From: Orbicella franksi
Taxonomy: Eukaryota
Reading direction: 5' to 3'
Assembly (NCBI GenBank): GCA_964199315.1
Contig: OZ116698.1
Location: 6,758,001 to 6,822,000 of the forward strand
DNA: 64,000 bases
This document shows, piece by piece, positions 11,888 to 24,147 of this stretch; position 1 is the first letter of the stretch; each line of letters opens with the position of its first letter. The position numbers and the translations under genes are program-made. The notes under the pieces are model-generated. The model did not search any database. It saw only the letters and a program-made list of their open reading frames with translations, and was not told where the DNA came from.

Positions 11888-12180
11888 GGGGAGCTTAAGC
11901 AAACCACGACGGCAACGGCAATGAAAACGTCTTCAAACAAAAGGCGTAACCGTCCTCTGCAAAACAAAAACTTGAAATGACCAAGTTTTGCGTATTTTGA
12001 ATTGAACGGATCATTTTTCGTATTTTCTTCTGGGTTCGCTGGCGTTACATCATTAGTTTGAGTAGGTTTTTAGACCACTCGGCGCACATGTAAGTTCTAG
12101 ACAACTGCGAAATTCAAAGGTAAAATATAAATTCATTTTTTCCAGCCGTCGTCCTACGCAACGTCGTCTTCTTTGAGACG
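11888..12180. mobile_element. Degenerate MITE-like repeat (GGGAGCTTAAGC...ACGACGGC family)
   Basis: Weak inverted similarity ACGACGGC / GCCGTCGT near the two ends. Family recognised only from recall of coral repeats. Confidence 0.4.
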
Positions 12181-12795
12181 AAGGGCAACATGGAATCTAT
12201 CTAGTTTATATAATAAAGAAACAAAAAATGTCAATGACGTCATTCACATATTGTTTACGTTTGTCCTCTGATAGATCATATGTAAGAAGCAATCAAAATA
12301 CAGGAATAATTTAGCTTATTACATAAGGCATCTCTCATGAGAATAATTGATAATACTAGCTCTTCAAAACTCGACAATTCACTAGCACCAGTGCACCTAA
12401 ACTGTCTGCACTGGATGTGGAGTACTGAAGCCAGATTCAAGGCAGCGCAATCAAGCACAGTTCACCATAGTATGGATGTTCTGAGCTTTGATAAATGAAA
12501 TATTTTACCGTGGTTTACATGTAACATTATCGAAATTTTCCGCATTTAGATCATAACAGCTGATTACAGCACATATAACTGTATTTCTTGGCATGTTTGC
12601 ATCTCAGTTACGGAAGCTTTGAAATAGAATATAGTTGGTATGGTTTAAAATGAAATCTTCGGATCGCAGAACTTATCGATGCATGAAGTTATCAATGTAC
12701 ATTGGAGTAAGTTATGCCCTCCCTTCAATTTAGCGTCTTGTGTCCAAATAGTACAAGAGGCTTTGAGCATAAGCAAAATTACATTTATGAAACTT

Positions 12796-12894
12796 GAAGG
12801 AATGAAGGAATGAAGGAAGGAAGGAAGGAAGGAAGGAAGGAAGGAAGGAAGGAAGGAAGGAAGGAAGGAAGGAAAGAAGGAAGGAAGGAAGGAA
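12796..12894. repeat. (GAAG)n/(TTCC)n microsatellite, probably the 3-prime tail of a minus-strand LINE fragment
   Basis: About 25 GAAG units with a few interruptions. On the minus strand an AATAAA (12904-12899) immediately precedes the (TTCC)n run. Confidence 0.9.
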
Positions 12895-13840
12895 TACCTT
12901 TATTTAAGTGTCAAACTAAAGTAGCAGTAAATAACCACTAAATGGGGACACTAAAAATAAATTAAAATTAACAAAACTATTTACAATTGATAAAATGAGT
13001 ATGAAATTAATGAGATCATTTACCTGTGCATGATTGTTGAGTGTGGGTTAGAAAGGAAAGAAGGAAAGGAAAGAAGTTTGGTTCAGAGGCGAAAGAAAAC
13101 AAGAAGCTACAAGGGGTTCTACAAGCGAAATCGCAAACAAATTCAACTGATGTAAAATTGTGAAAGAAAAAAATAAACACACTTCACAGTTCACAGTAAT
13201 TCGCTTCCCATAAAGTACGCCCATTCGTTTTATTTTCTTTGAATAGAGGAGTCATCGAGGTGGAACGCAGAAGGGCCTCTTAAGCTGGTTACACTTTGGC
13301 GACGACAACAATGGTCCGTTGTTCCATTTATATACACTGAGAAATTGGTCAGTTGTTAGAAATAATCACTGGTTCAAAACAATGGAAGATGCATTAGTGC
13401 TCTAAAATGACTCGTGATTAGTGTTTCAGCACGAAATTAGAATTATTCGTTTCTCATATTTTGTCTCGGAAATTTGCATGAAAGTAGACAAGGCCCTAAT
13501 CTGGGAAAGATTTGTTCAGGAAAATACAAAGTCATCACTTCTATTCCTTCTTGTACGATCTTCAATCACCGCGCCCTTCCTTTCATTATTGTGTTATATT
13601 TTCTTTTGTAATAAACAAGAATAGTTTTAAAGGACAGGGCTGGTCTCGATGTGAATGAATTTCCGCCGCACCTGCGACCGTTCTACAAACTTCCACGAGA
13701 GCTAAAAGTAATCTATTCAAGTATGTGGAGTGGACCGTGAAGAGCTGTCATATCATTATTGAAAAACATCACATGAATATTCACCTCTGATATGGGTTAA
13801 ACTTAACTGTAAAAGATGTAAAGAAAGCCGCTCGCCTATC

Positions 13841-13846
13841 TATAAA
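13841..13846 (+). promoter_or_regulatory. Candidate TATA box of BMP-like paralog B
   Basis: TATAAA about 155 nt upstream of the ATG at 13999. Confidence 0.4.
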
Positions 13847-13998
13847 TTACTCGTCCAAAAGACGACTGGGCTGTTTGAAAGAGAGCTGGTATCGACATAT
13901 ATAGGGTACGCGGTATTCGCATGAGCTCTAAAACCCGCACATCTCTCAACTCGAAAACAACATTCCGTACGTACAGCGTAATCGAATGACACTACACT

Positions 13999-15209
13999 AT
14001 GTTTGCGAGATTTGTTATATTCAGTTTGTTATTCTGCCTTTCACATGAGATATCTGATAAGATTTCCAGTCAATCTTCCACGTTGCTTCGGGGATTCAAC
14101 TCGGGGGACGTTCAATCGCAAGAGCTGTCAAAGCAAAGGGAGACCGTGCCACGATTCCTTCTCAACTTGTACAGAAAGCGGACGCTTTTACATCGTACTG
14201 GTGTAAACCAACGGGAGACCGACGTAGTAAGAGTGTTTTTCCGAGAACGTAAGTGCTCTTTAGAGAATCTCATAAGTTACAGAACGTAGTTGGTAGCCAT
14301 AAAACGTTTCGTAACAATAATTATAAATATCACCAAGATTTCTCATATTTGTTTTCTTCCTCTTCAGCCGCAGGGAATGGCGAGCATACAGGGCCACTAC
14401 ATCATGGATTTTACTTCAATTTGTCTGTTATAGCAGCCGGAGAAAAAGTCAAGAAAGCTCATTTGAGGATTTACAAGAAGAAACCGCTGGGCCAAAACAC
14501 AGAAGGGCATTTTAAGATCAGAGTTCTTCGCCTGAAAAATTTCCAGAACAGGAACAGTGGAGTTCTTGTTGCTTCCCACCTTGTAAGTTACAAGGAGAAA
14601 GTCGGCCGGTGGATCAGCTTGGACGTCACGGCCGCGGTAAAATTCTGGATAGACAAGCCTGAAGAAAACTTTGGCTTGAGTTTAACAGTAGATGGGGTCA
14701 AGGCTTTTCCGACAGATTTTCGTATTGGAGCACATGGAAAAAAGGCACCTTTCTTGGTAACATACTCTCCAAACTCACTGAAAGTGTCAAAGACGCTAAA
14801 GAACTGCAATAATAGCATGGTGCCAGAGGATGATGACGACAACGTTTCGCAAAACGCCTCAACGACCACGAGAAACCGTGTAAGACGTTCAAGTACACTC
14901 AATAGGTGTAAACGCCGTTGGGCTTACGTACAGTTCAAGACGCTTAAGTGGAACTGGATTATTGCCCCGAGTGGTTATACCGCCAATTACTGTGAAGGGG
15001 TCTGTCCACACGTTCTAGACATGCATCTAGAACCGACTAATCACGCCATTTTGCAAAGCATCCTTCACAGAATGGATGGTCGGATTCCATCCCCATTATG
15101 TGCTCCGACCAAACTGCATGGCATTAGTGTTTTGTATAAGACAAGCGACAGATCGATCGCGCTAACAGAGTATGGTGGAATGGTAGTGTCATCATGTGGA
15201 TGCCTGTAA
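13999..15209 (+). CDS. TGF-beta superfamily ligand, BMP/GDF-like (paralog B), about 363 aa, 2 coding exons, lacking the inter-chain cysteine
   Basis: Exon 1 13999-14248 (signal peptide MFARFVIFSLLFCLS, VPRFLLNLYR); donor GAAC|GTAAGT. Acceptor TTCCTCTTCAG|CC at 14367/8 (alternative AG at 14372-3); exon 2 14368-15209, phase 1. Furin site RVRR. Knot CKRR...WIIAP...YCEGVC...TNHAILQ...LCAPTKL...CGC. Confidence 0.95.
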
Positions 15210-16384
15210 TATAGAATGGTTGATTCTTAAGACCCGTTTTGATAGATTTCGTGGAAAAATACTGCATTAGTTTGGACACATATTTGGCGCATATAGTATT
15301 AGGACAGACGATTGTCTAACTGACAGTTAGAGTCTCTTTGATTTGGCTGTAGCCAAAATATATTTTTTAATTGCTTTTAAAACCCTATAAATGATATTGT
15401 GGTTAATTGCTAAGAAGTATAACGTAGGCAGATGATATTTTCTCGAGCAATGCCTAATTGAGACGATATCAACGAGGACACTTTTGATTCAAGGACAGAC
15501 CAAAAACAATGAATTGTGACCACATTCTAAACACACTCTAAAACCTACTCGAGCAAACCTTCAATTCTCTCTAATAAGCAAATAGTTCAGATATTTAAGC
15601 CCCTAGACAAAACAACGTTACGAAAAATAGACAATTTGAAATTCAAATTTGTGGCTGACATAAAAAAGAAGGGTAGAACAAAGACCTAAAACGACAGAAG
15701 TATCTTCTTTGGCTACAAAAATGATTATAAAGAGAGCTGACAACAGGGATCTCAATATTTGCGAGGCGCCAAATTTTTTATGCGAGAAGAAACCGAACGT
15801 GCAAGAATGTCTAACTCTGGCGGCAATAATTAAACGCCAACTAATATTTTCTGTTTAATTGACTATGAAAATAAAAAGCATGCTGAGTGAGACAGACGTC
15901 GAAGGTCGTAGTGCTAATGTCAACCAGATTCCATCGACCGAAAACGCTTGTTAAAAGTGAAAACGAAAGACTCCAAAGTCTTTCATCCAGAGTATGAGCG
16001 TTCTCGAGTAACTTGAAAACTTGAAAAAAAAACTCATCCCTTTTGTTAAGAGAAAACGCATCAAGTTTATGATAAACAGCTATTAATAGGTATTAATTAC
16101 ATGCAATAAGAATACGATATCGTTCATAAAAAACCCTGAGCGCCATCAGTGTTATTGCTGTAGTAGACATTTTGATGTCCGTGGTAATCAAGTGATTACA
16201 ACGGTATTGATAGAAAAAGTTATTTAATTTAATTTTTACAACAGAAATTAAAAAGGATTTTAGAAAGAGACTACGCGTTCTTAAATAGCATGCATTAAAA
16301 CCCCAAAGAGACTCATTACATGTAACTTCAGAGTCAATCTCGCCGTCGTGATGTGCTCTACTCGCGCCAATGTGATAATTATTT

Positions 16385-16439
16385 TCAATCTATTAATAGT
16401 TAAGTTATATTCAAAATAACTTAACTATTAATAGATTGA
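16385..16439. repeat. Perfect 24-bp AT-rich inverted repeat with a 7-nt loop
   Basis: TCAATCTATTAATAGTTAAGTTAT-attcaaa-ATAACTTAACTATTAATAGATTGA. Confidence 0.9.
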
Positions 16440-18179
16440 TCCCGCGAAAGTCAATATCACGTTGTCTGTAGGTTTGTAACAAATTAAACATTGTTGTTAC
16501 AAACCGACAGACAAGGAGATATTGAATCTGGTGGGAGAAGAGAACAAAGGCTAATATGGAAGCGACAAGCCCGGAACAGATGAGCATAGCGGGTACATAC
16601 CGTATATGGTAATTTCGGGTTTTTCTTATGAAATAGAAGGAGGGTTTATTGATCCATTACTGAGTCTATTTTGTTGGCAAAGTTATGTTTATCGTTAAAT
16701 CAATAAATTGGAGTAATTTTTTAACAGTTGTAGAACTTGACGCCCCGCTTAACGGTTTTTAATAAATGGAGAACATTCGACCTCACGAGCAAAACATGGG
16801 AAGTTCACACACGCGCCCCCAGCCACTCTCGATTGAATGACCATTCCTTGTTATTGTGGTTATTGCTTTCGTCTTAGTGTGGCTGCAGTGGCTGGAAGAA
16901 AGAAATAGAACTCCAGCCACCACAAGAAGATGGATAGAAATGAGCGAACGAAATAATTAACTGACGAACCTTATATGGCCTATACTGATCGAGGCTTTTC
17001 CAAAACGAAGTTGCCATAAAACGATTTGCCAGCGATACTATCTTTCGTGTTTCAAATTCTTTGGTAGACGCAAACTACTCCTGTTTCGCTGTTTCCCCCT
17101 ACCTTTGACACAAGTCTTTCCTTTTTCTTGTAGTCATTTTTCAGTTTTCCAAACCCGGCAAGTGCTCCACCCTGATGACTACCTGTTCTTTTATTCTTTG
17201 AACCTTCTGTGTATTGCCTTGCAAGTCATACTATCAAGGTCCACCATATCTTTGTTTCTAGTTCCTTTCACATCAAACATCACGAGATTAGCCCTTTTGC
17301 ACAAGTATAACGGATATGTAAAAAAATGCTTATCACATAGCTAGCGAGCAAGCAGGCTATCTTTCACTTGAGAAAACATCTCAAAAATGTAAACCATGGT
17401 AACTTTATTGTATTGAACAGGGGTCTGAAAGCAAGCAAACATCGAAAATACACTTTTTCGAGATGAAATTAAACAAAATGCCATTTTAGGTGTTTTTTGG
17501 TTGATCAGCCTTACCAGTTTGATTTATTATCTGGTCATTTTCGAGAATAAAATAATTCATTCACAGGCTTTTTGATATCTTCTGTTTTCGCATCTCCTAG
17601 ACACGTGATGTCTTTCGCCCAACAAGGACAACGTTGGATATGATTCAGTCATTACAGACGGACTGAAAAGAATACCACCAAATTTCCATTCTCGGCTACG
17701 ACTAAAAATATGATATGTGAGAAAATATCCTAAAGGTTAACAATTAGATTATGAGCTCGAGACTTCTATCGCGTGATAGCTGACGGGTCCTGACGAGAGT
17801 ACAGCCCGAGTCAATTATCACGCATATAAATCTACTAATCGTTCGAAACGTTATCTAAATCCACTTCGCAGACACTTCGAAAAGGTAGAGAAGCTACCGT
17901 CATTTTGTCAACAACCACACCCTGCTAGGCTACTCATTATCTACAACAGAATAGATAGTGAGTAGTGTAGCCAATCAGAGGACGGTGTTAAGTTCTACTC
18001 AATACTTAGACCCTCTACTTATCTTCTAATCAACTTATGTTCATGAAGTCTGAGTTGGTTAAACCTATTGAGACTGGGCGGAAGGTGCCTGTGCTAAGTT
18101 AAGTCGTCAATATAAAAAATATTACATTTAAGTAAACGTAGCCAAACTTTGCGACTGTCGCAGAAATCTATCTGCATAC

Positions 18180-18377
18180 AATAGGCCACGTTCGATATAT
18201 CAATATTCTAAAATGGCTTCGAGGCTTTCGGGTCAAAATTATAAATTTTTAAAGTTTCTTTTGTCTTTCAATTCCCAAAAGATACCTGGATACAAAGAAA
18301 ACAACACCAAATATAGAAGCTTGTCCCGAAAGCCTCGAAGCCATGTTAGAATGTTGATATATCGAACGTGCCCTATT
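18180..18377. mobile_element. 198-bp MITE with about 53-bp TIRs
   Basis: AATAGGCCACGTTCGATATATCAATATTCTAAAATGGCTTCGAGGCTTTCGGG vs CCCGAAAGCCTCGAAGCCATGTTAGAATGTTGATATATCGAACGTGCCCTATT. Confidence 0.85.
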
Positions 18378-19904
18378 CGGTACGACATGTTATTTTACCC
18401 TGAACTTGCTTCCATGGCACAGGTTTGTTTTTTGAAACGTGGAATTTCTGGCTCGAATTACCAAAATTTCTACTGATATGTTTAAGACCTTCTGGCATTA
18501 TATGATTGATTCGATTTGTTTTGAGTCACCTGTTTAGAAAATCAAGAAAATCGTGAACATGGCCAGGATCCAAGATGGCGGTTGTTTGGATATTGTGACG
18601 TTAGTGCAAGTGCAGAGCTATTCTTCCGAATTAGTTGTGTGGAATGATGGGATGGCAACCCATAGTTCCATTTACCAGTGCCAAGGTTTCTTGACAACAC
18701 CCTTGCTTACGGAATCATTGAAGACGTGTTGAAGAAAACCATGCAGCAGCTCAACACTTGCCATGATTCTCCGCAGGCGTGTAAGACCATGATTCCTTGC
18801 AGGCTTGCCTCATAAAAGGAACTGGGCATTCAACTAATTTTACTCCAAAGCCTTATAAATCCAAATTACTCTTTTTCGTAGAAAGATGATTAGGAATACA
18901 TATTTGACCTAGAACTGTTTGGTATCACTCAAACTATCATTGCTGTGAATGGCTTGGCAAATTACTATTTCACACTTTTCTATGAAGTAATATAAAGTTT
19001 GTATGATTTTAATAAGGGAGACCTTTGCCTCTACTAAGATTGAGTCTGTAGGGATTCAGTAAAATTTACAAAACAAAAATTATAATTGGACTAAGATAGC
19101 AAAAGCGATTCGCTTTAATAAGGCGCAAGAAGAGAAATAACAAAAACTATTTGACGTTCAGTCCTTTTTCATCGATTATTTTTCCTGTAGAATAGGAATC
19201 AATTTTTAAATACTTTGCTACGAAAATGAGTTTATTTAATTAGAGGCAGCTGGCGAAAACAATATTGATAATTGCTGCCTTTGGTTCAATATACTCAGCA
19301 CATGCATCTAATTCTTTTAAATATGTAGTCTCAGTCTTTGAACGCAGCAAGAATTTTCTTTTCTTTTTCTTTTTTTTTTGTACGATGCATCAGTAAGTTT
19401 AATAGTACAAATATTCTTCGTGAAAAGCCATCTGTTGTGATAATGCTCATTATCGTAATGTCTTGTTTCTAATTTGTTTTGTTCCACAATACCACAAAAT
19501 ACTCAATCTTCCAATTAGTTTCTACCTCACTGAAATTGCCTTTTTCCAATTACCCCTACATTTGGACAAGCAACATTAATAAAGGGAAAAGAAAGTTATT
19601 ATTTTTATCCTTGGAGTCTAAGAAAGGCATTAAAAAGGCACCATTGATTAGAATTTTTGGAGAAAGTTTAGTCTTCCAATTGAACCTTTCCTGGCAAAGC
19701 ATAAGATTCTTTCAAGCAACATTTTTTCGCTATTTCAGTGCAATGGAAATTAGTTTATCTAGCAGAAAAGAATCGAGACCTCATCACTCAGCATTTAACG
19801 ATATTGTCTTGGGAACACTGCATGAATCGGAAGTGAAGGAGTTGATCGGTTAGGGCGTTGAACTACAGTTGCTTCTTTCCCACAAGAAATTTGCTACCTA
19901 GAAC

Positions 19905-20035
19905 TTCTATTGGGTAACCTGCGATGGGACTAGCAACCCCAACAGGTAGAAGGAGGGGAAGGGGGGGGGGGGGGAGGGGTGTAGCGCAATACACGCGATC
20001 CGGCTTCATGCTACGGAACAATGGATGAGCCCCGA
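19905..20035 (+). mobile_element. Degenerate 3-prime fragment of a SINE-like repeat with a poly-G tract
   Basis: GGGTAACCTGCGATGGGACTAGCAACCCC...GCTTCATGCTACGGAA resembles the 3-prime part of an abundant cnidarian tRNA-derived SINE (recalled, not searched). Poly-G at about 19955-19979. Confidence 0.45.
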
Positions 20036-23000
20036 AAGTTGTGGTCTCCAACCCTCAAACAAAACATTCAAAGACATAAAAAAAGAAATGCATATGATTA
20101 ATGCTTCAAGAAAGCAGCGTTTCTGCTAATATGTAAAAAGCCTGCTTGTTTTTGTGATAGTCAGTAGCTGCCCCATGGGCTATTTCGCAATGCAGATTTC
20201 GAACGGCGTAATGACATTCTGTACATTGCTCTTGGCTTAATGACTAGCTTGTAAACATCGGGATCAGTCCAGATATCAAAAGCTAAAATAAGGCGACTTT
20301 TCAACCATGACCAAGTGTTTGTTGTTCCTAAGCGACTATTTTACTATTGACTTGGGGGCCCACTATCATCCCATCTTGTGCGAAATTCAGAGGGATCTCC
20401 CTTAGTTCATATTAAGTTGTTGATTGTTGGCACGTGATCACCACATGGTGTAATATCTCTCATCGGAGCTTACTTTTGTGTGTACGTTCTCGTTGCGTTC
20501 ATGGATTGAACTCGAGCTGGAATTCTGATTTGAACTCGGTTAGATTCACTTCAAGTCACTTTATTCGGAGAAAAATTCATTACACGTCTAAGAGGATGGC
20601 CGCTGGCGCCCATGAACAATTAGGTCCCATGCCCCTTTGTCTCATTTGGATTGGTACAAATTTTACCTCTTGTGTTCTTTGATGAGTCATCAGGTTGACG
20701 TCAGCTTGGCAAACGCAAAGTGCTTTGCTTTATCAGAAACTTGATCAATCCAACTGCAATAGAACGGATAATTTTTAAGACACAAGGAAAACAGATGACT
20801 GATATACGATTAAAAGTTGCCGAAGGAACTTCGACAATCACAAAAGGAGACATTTTAGTGAATCTTTGATTGTCTTTCCGGGCAGTTTAACGATGACGTT
20901 GTCTTGTCATTAATCAAGTTTAACGACGACCAAACCATCCTCTTAGTGGTACTTTTATTGTTTTAAAGAAATTAACACTCGCATTTGATTAGAGCGAAAT
21001 TGTAAATTTGTCGTTAACATTTTCACTCCCGTTAGACTTCAGGTAAGTGGCCCACAATTAGACTTCAAGCAAATAGCTTAATTGTGCAATTCTTTAATCG
21101 TATTCTTTTTAGGATTTAAAGTGATCCTGTCTTTGAGAAACATTTTATGCGATCCGGCCTCAAAAACATGTTCAAAACTGAGGAAAAAGGTGTCCTTCTG
21201 GCGTTAGGAATTATGAGCTTGTTTACTCATTACGATCGATCGAGCGCTCGGTTTTGAGGGCAAGCCTTTTAATTTCAGACATGACGATCTGATTTCACTA
21301 TAAAACCAGTAGCAGACGAAGAAGAAAGAGAGCTGGTCTTCACCTTCAAATTTTTTTACACCTTATTTTTCGTGTTCTGGCTCGAAAAGAAATTCACATT
21401 TAACTAATTAATCCTGAAGACCAGAAGCCATTACTGAAATGAAATTTTTGACAGTCTGCCACCCCTTCAATTTAAAACATTTCTGCCAGCAGAAAATTTT
21501 TCGTCCCGTTAATTCTACTGATATGTATATTCTGAATATGTCATATATGTGCAGAAGCTTTTTGAATCTTAACCAGATTCTAATATTAAGGGTTTTTTTT
21601 TCCTTAAGCAAAATGCAATCATAGAAAATGTTGGCCCATAATCACCAAAATTAAAATTTCTGCCGCGCTCTTGACATTACAAAGTGAAAGATTATTTTCA
21701 CGTCCATTGTTTCTTTCCAATGGCGACGGTAGCCTCTTTCTAAACGAGATCCGGTCCGAGAGTTAAAGTGTGTTTTAGCAGAAGAAAGTATTTCAAATGT
21801 AGCATGTTCCCTTTTGTCATGTTATAATAATGGAACGTTATTTCTATAAAAGCATATTAATGTAGAATAATTGTTTTACTTTCTCACCAAAATAGCGATA
21901 ACATAAATTCCATTTATTAATTTCATCAGTTAAAGGTTATTAATGACAAAACATCCTTGACAGAACTCCGTATGCTCTTAGCAAATATAATTTCATTTTA
22001 CCCCCTGCCATATATATTTTTTTCTCATTTCGGAAAAATGAATTTCTGACGACGTATTCACAGGAATTAACAAGTTTGAGCCGTACTGTGTCACCAGGAA
22101 ACCCATTAATTGTCGAGCCAATTGAGAAATGTCAGAATTAAATTACATTTGTCCTTCTGATGTTATCTTGCCATTGAAAGTGAAAATTAATACAACATCC
22201 AGCTTAAGGCTCAAATAAATAAGTCTGTTTGACGGCAAACAAGGGAGTCTTTTTCTCTTCACTGTCTTTTTCTTTCTGGATTAACTATCGTAAATGTGAC
22301 ACAGATCAATGAAATATTTTAAACCAATAAGGCTTTTAGCCATCTAACAATGACAAAAATAAGGCTTGTTCACTATAAGTGAATCTTCCAGTCACTGTCA
22401 AAGGAAAGGGAAAACCACCCTTAACACAGGTTGGCTTCAACTGCTTTTATTATTCAATTGTACCTAGAGCGCGTATTTTAGCTTTGTCTGATTGCAATTT
22501 ACCCGCGAAACATGTTAATTGTTAATGAGGACTTCATAAACGTTGACCCGGCAGAGGGAACGAAATAAAAGCGTTATTCTGTTAATGGCATGAAAGCTTT
22601 CCAGATATTAGTACACTGCGAAAGTTTTTCCTCATTATTAAAAAATTCATTCTCCCTGTCCTCAGACCAAATTAATAATGCCTGACAGAATAAAGCGAAA
22701 AATATTTTCGCGGGAGTGTGGTTTAACCCCGAAACGGATTGTAAGGCTGTACGTTCACAAAGGTCGCAACTTTGGACAGCGAAACACATTTTACTAGAGC
22801 TGGAAAAGTAAACAAGAGCTCGCGATAAATTTTGACGAACGTCAGACTTCTTTTCGCTTTTATTTTTCAATTAGGACCAAAATTGCCAGGTCTTGGGCTG
22901 GCGAACGATAAAGCAAATTGAGCTGTAGCGAACGGAAAACAAAACAAACAAGATCTTCATTTCGCGGTTTGTAATTGAAAAGCGTCGATTGATGAACGTG

Positions 23001-23869
23001 CCACAGCAAGCCAGCAGAAATTTTAATTTCCCTTTCTACTGTACTCGCGAAAGGTTGGCCAGCCATCAGGTAATTAACAAGTGGGAACAGAAAAATAGTA
23101 AATGGCTTATTTTTGTCGGGATTAATTAAACAACGCAAAATGGAACCAGCCCAAAGCAACGCGGTTATCAGTTATGTTCGATAATTTCTTTCTGGTAACT
23201 CTTATCACTAGAAAGGTCTCAAATGTCTGGGCAACTTTTATCACTCTTGTCAGAAAGAACTTTAATGCTTCTGTGTTAATGAAGGAACGTGTAAAGAAAT
23301 ACGATATTTACCTTTGCTTCTTAGGAGATTTAAGTGTTATTTATACATTTCAATTAAAGAATGGGGTGTAATTGAACGCAAGCGAGCGAACTCTGTTTGC
23401 TTTATCGCGTATGCCCAGTCGCGGGGTCTGTCCAGAGTTGTGAATAATTCCTTAACTAACTTGCCATCTACACTCTACGCCTCAAAGAGGAATTAATCGA
23501 CTGCATTGTGATCATTGTTCGTTAGCGCGAAACTCCGTTTAATTTCGTTCGAAAAAAAACGAAAAACAATTGTTTTTGGTATTCGTAATTAGCGACAGCT
23601 CCCGAGGCAGTTTTCAATTTACATGGGTTTGTGGTCAGATCCGGTTAAATAATTAAAAGGCTATTTGAAAAGTAGGGAACATGGCCTAATCAATAGTATA
23701 CACTGCATTCAATTTAATAAAATTTCATTAGTGTTATGCTAATCTCCTTGTGGGGGCATCTTTGATAACGTAAGAGTAGCTTTTACTTTTATCAAATTTC
23801 TCAACTTCTCCGCACGATTGTTTTGCAAGAGGGCTCAAATTCAAAATTGAACCCACTTTTCTCAAGGTC

Positions 23870-24147
23870 CTCGCGCGGAGTGCTCGCGTCAAATCTCGAA
23901 GCAGGAGAGACTGTGAGGGTGAGCACAGAATGCTGACCGATCACAGATTCACAAAGTTTATTGTAATATTACTAAGCCTTTCTACACTAATGAATCTCTC
24001 TTGCTTTCTTTTTGCAGGCTTCAAATCGCATTCATTTATTGCTTCCGTAGTGTTGAAACGGACGGATACACACAGGATCAGTCAGTTCTGACGGCAAACA
24101 TCGACCGAGAAAATTCAAGCTCCGAGCAATGTCTGCTGAAATAAACG
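23870..24147 (+). other. LMO4: Putative distal first exons of LMO4: a non-coding exon ending 23918, and exon 24018-24147 whose last 19 nt encode MSAEIN-G (phase 1)
   Basis: Donor GAGG|GTGAGC at 23918/9; 99-nt intron with CTAAT branch-like motif and TTTCTTTTTGCAG acceptor. The only ATG in the exon is at 24129. Donor AACG|GTAAGA at 24147/8 matches the phase-1 LMO4 acceptor at 39030. The start coordinate 23870 is approximate. Confidence 0.6.

Noticed and set aside
14253-14367. N-terminal extension of the 318-aa ORF
   Set aside because: It lies in the 119-nt intron; the signal peptide is in exon 1 (13999-14248).
14588-14902. Antisense ORFs overlapping the BMP-like exons (also 6002-6208 and 6564-6923)
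   Set aside because: Shadow frames of real coding sequence, with no independent evidence.
5909-15209. Assigning gene symbols such as BMP2/4, GDF9/BMP15, NODAL or ADMP
   Set aside because: Motifs are mixed (PSCVP like GDF9/BMP15; PTNHA like Nodal/ADMP; NHAILQ like Vg1/univin); orthology cannot be decided without a phylogeny.
19479-19853. 124-aa ORF (also 32968-33342, 35392-35679, 1741-2159 and similar short ORFs)
   Set aside because: Non-ATG or random composition, overlap with repeats, no domain signatures; expected by chance in 64 kb.
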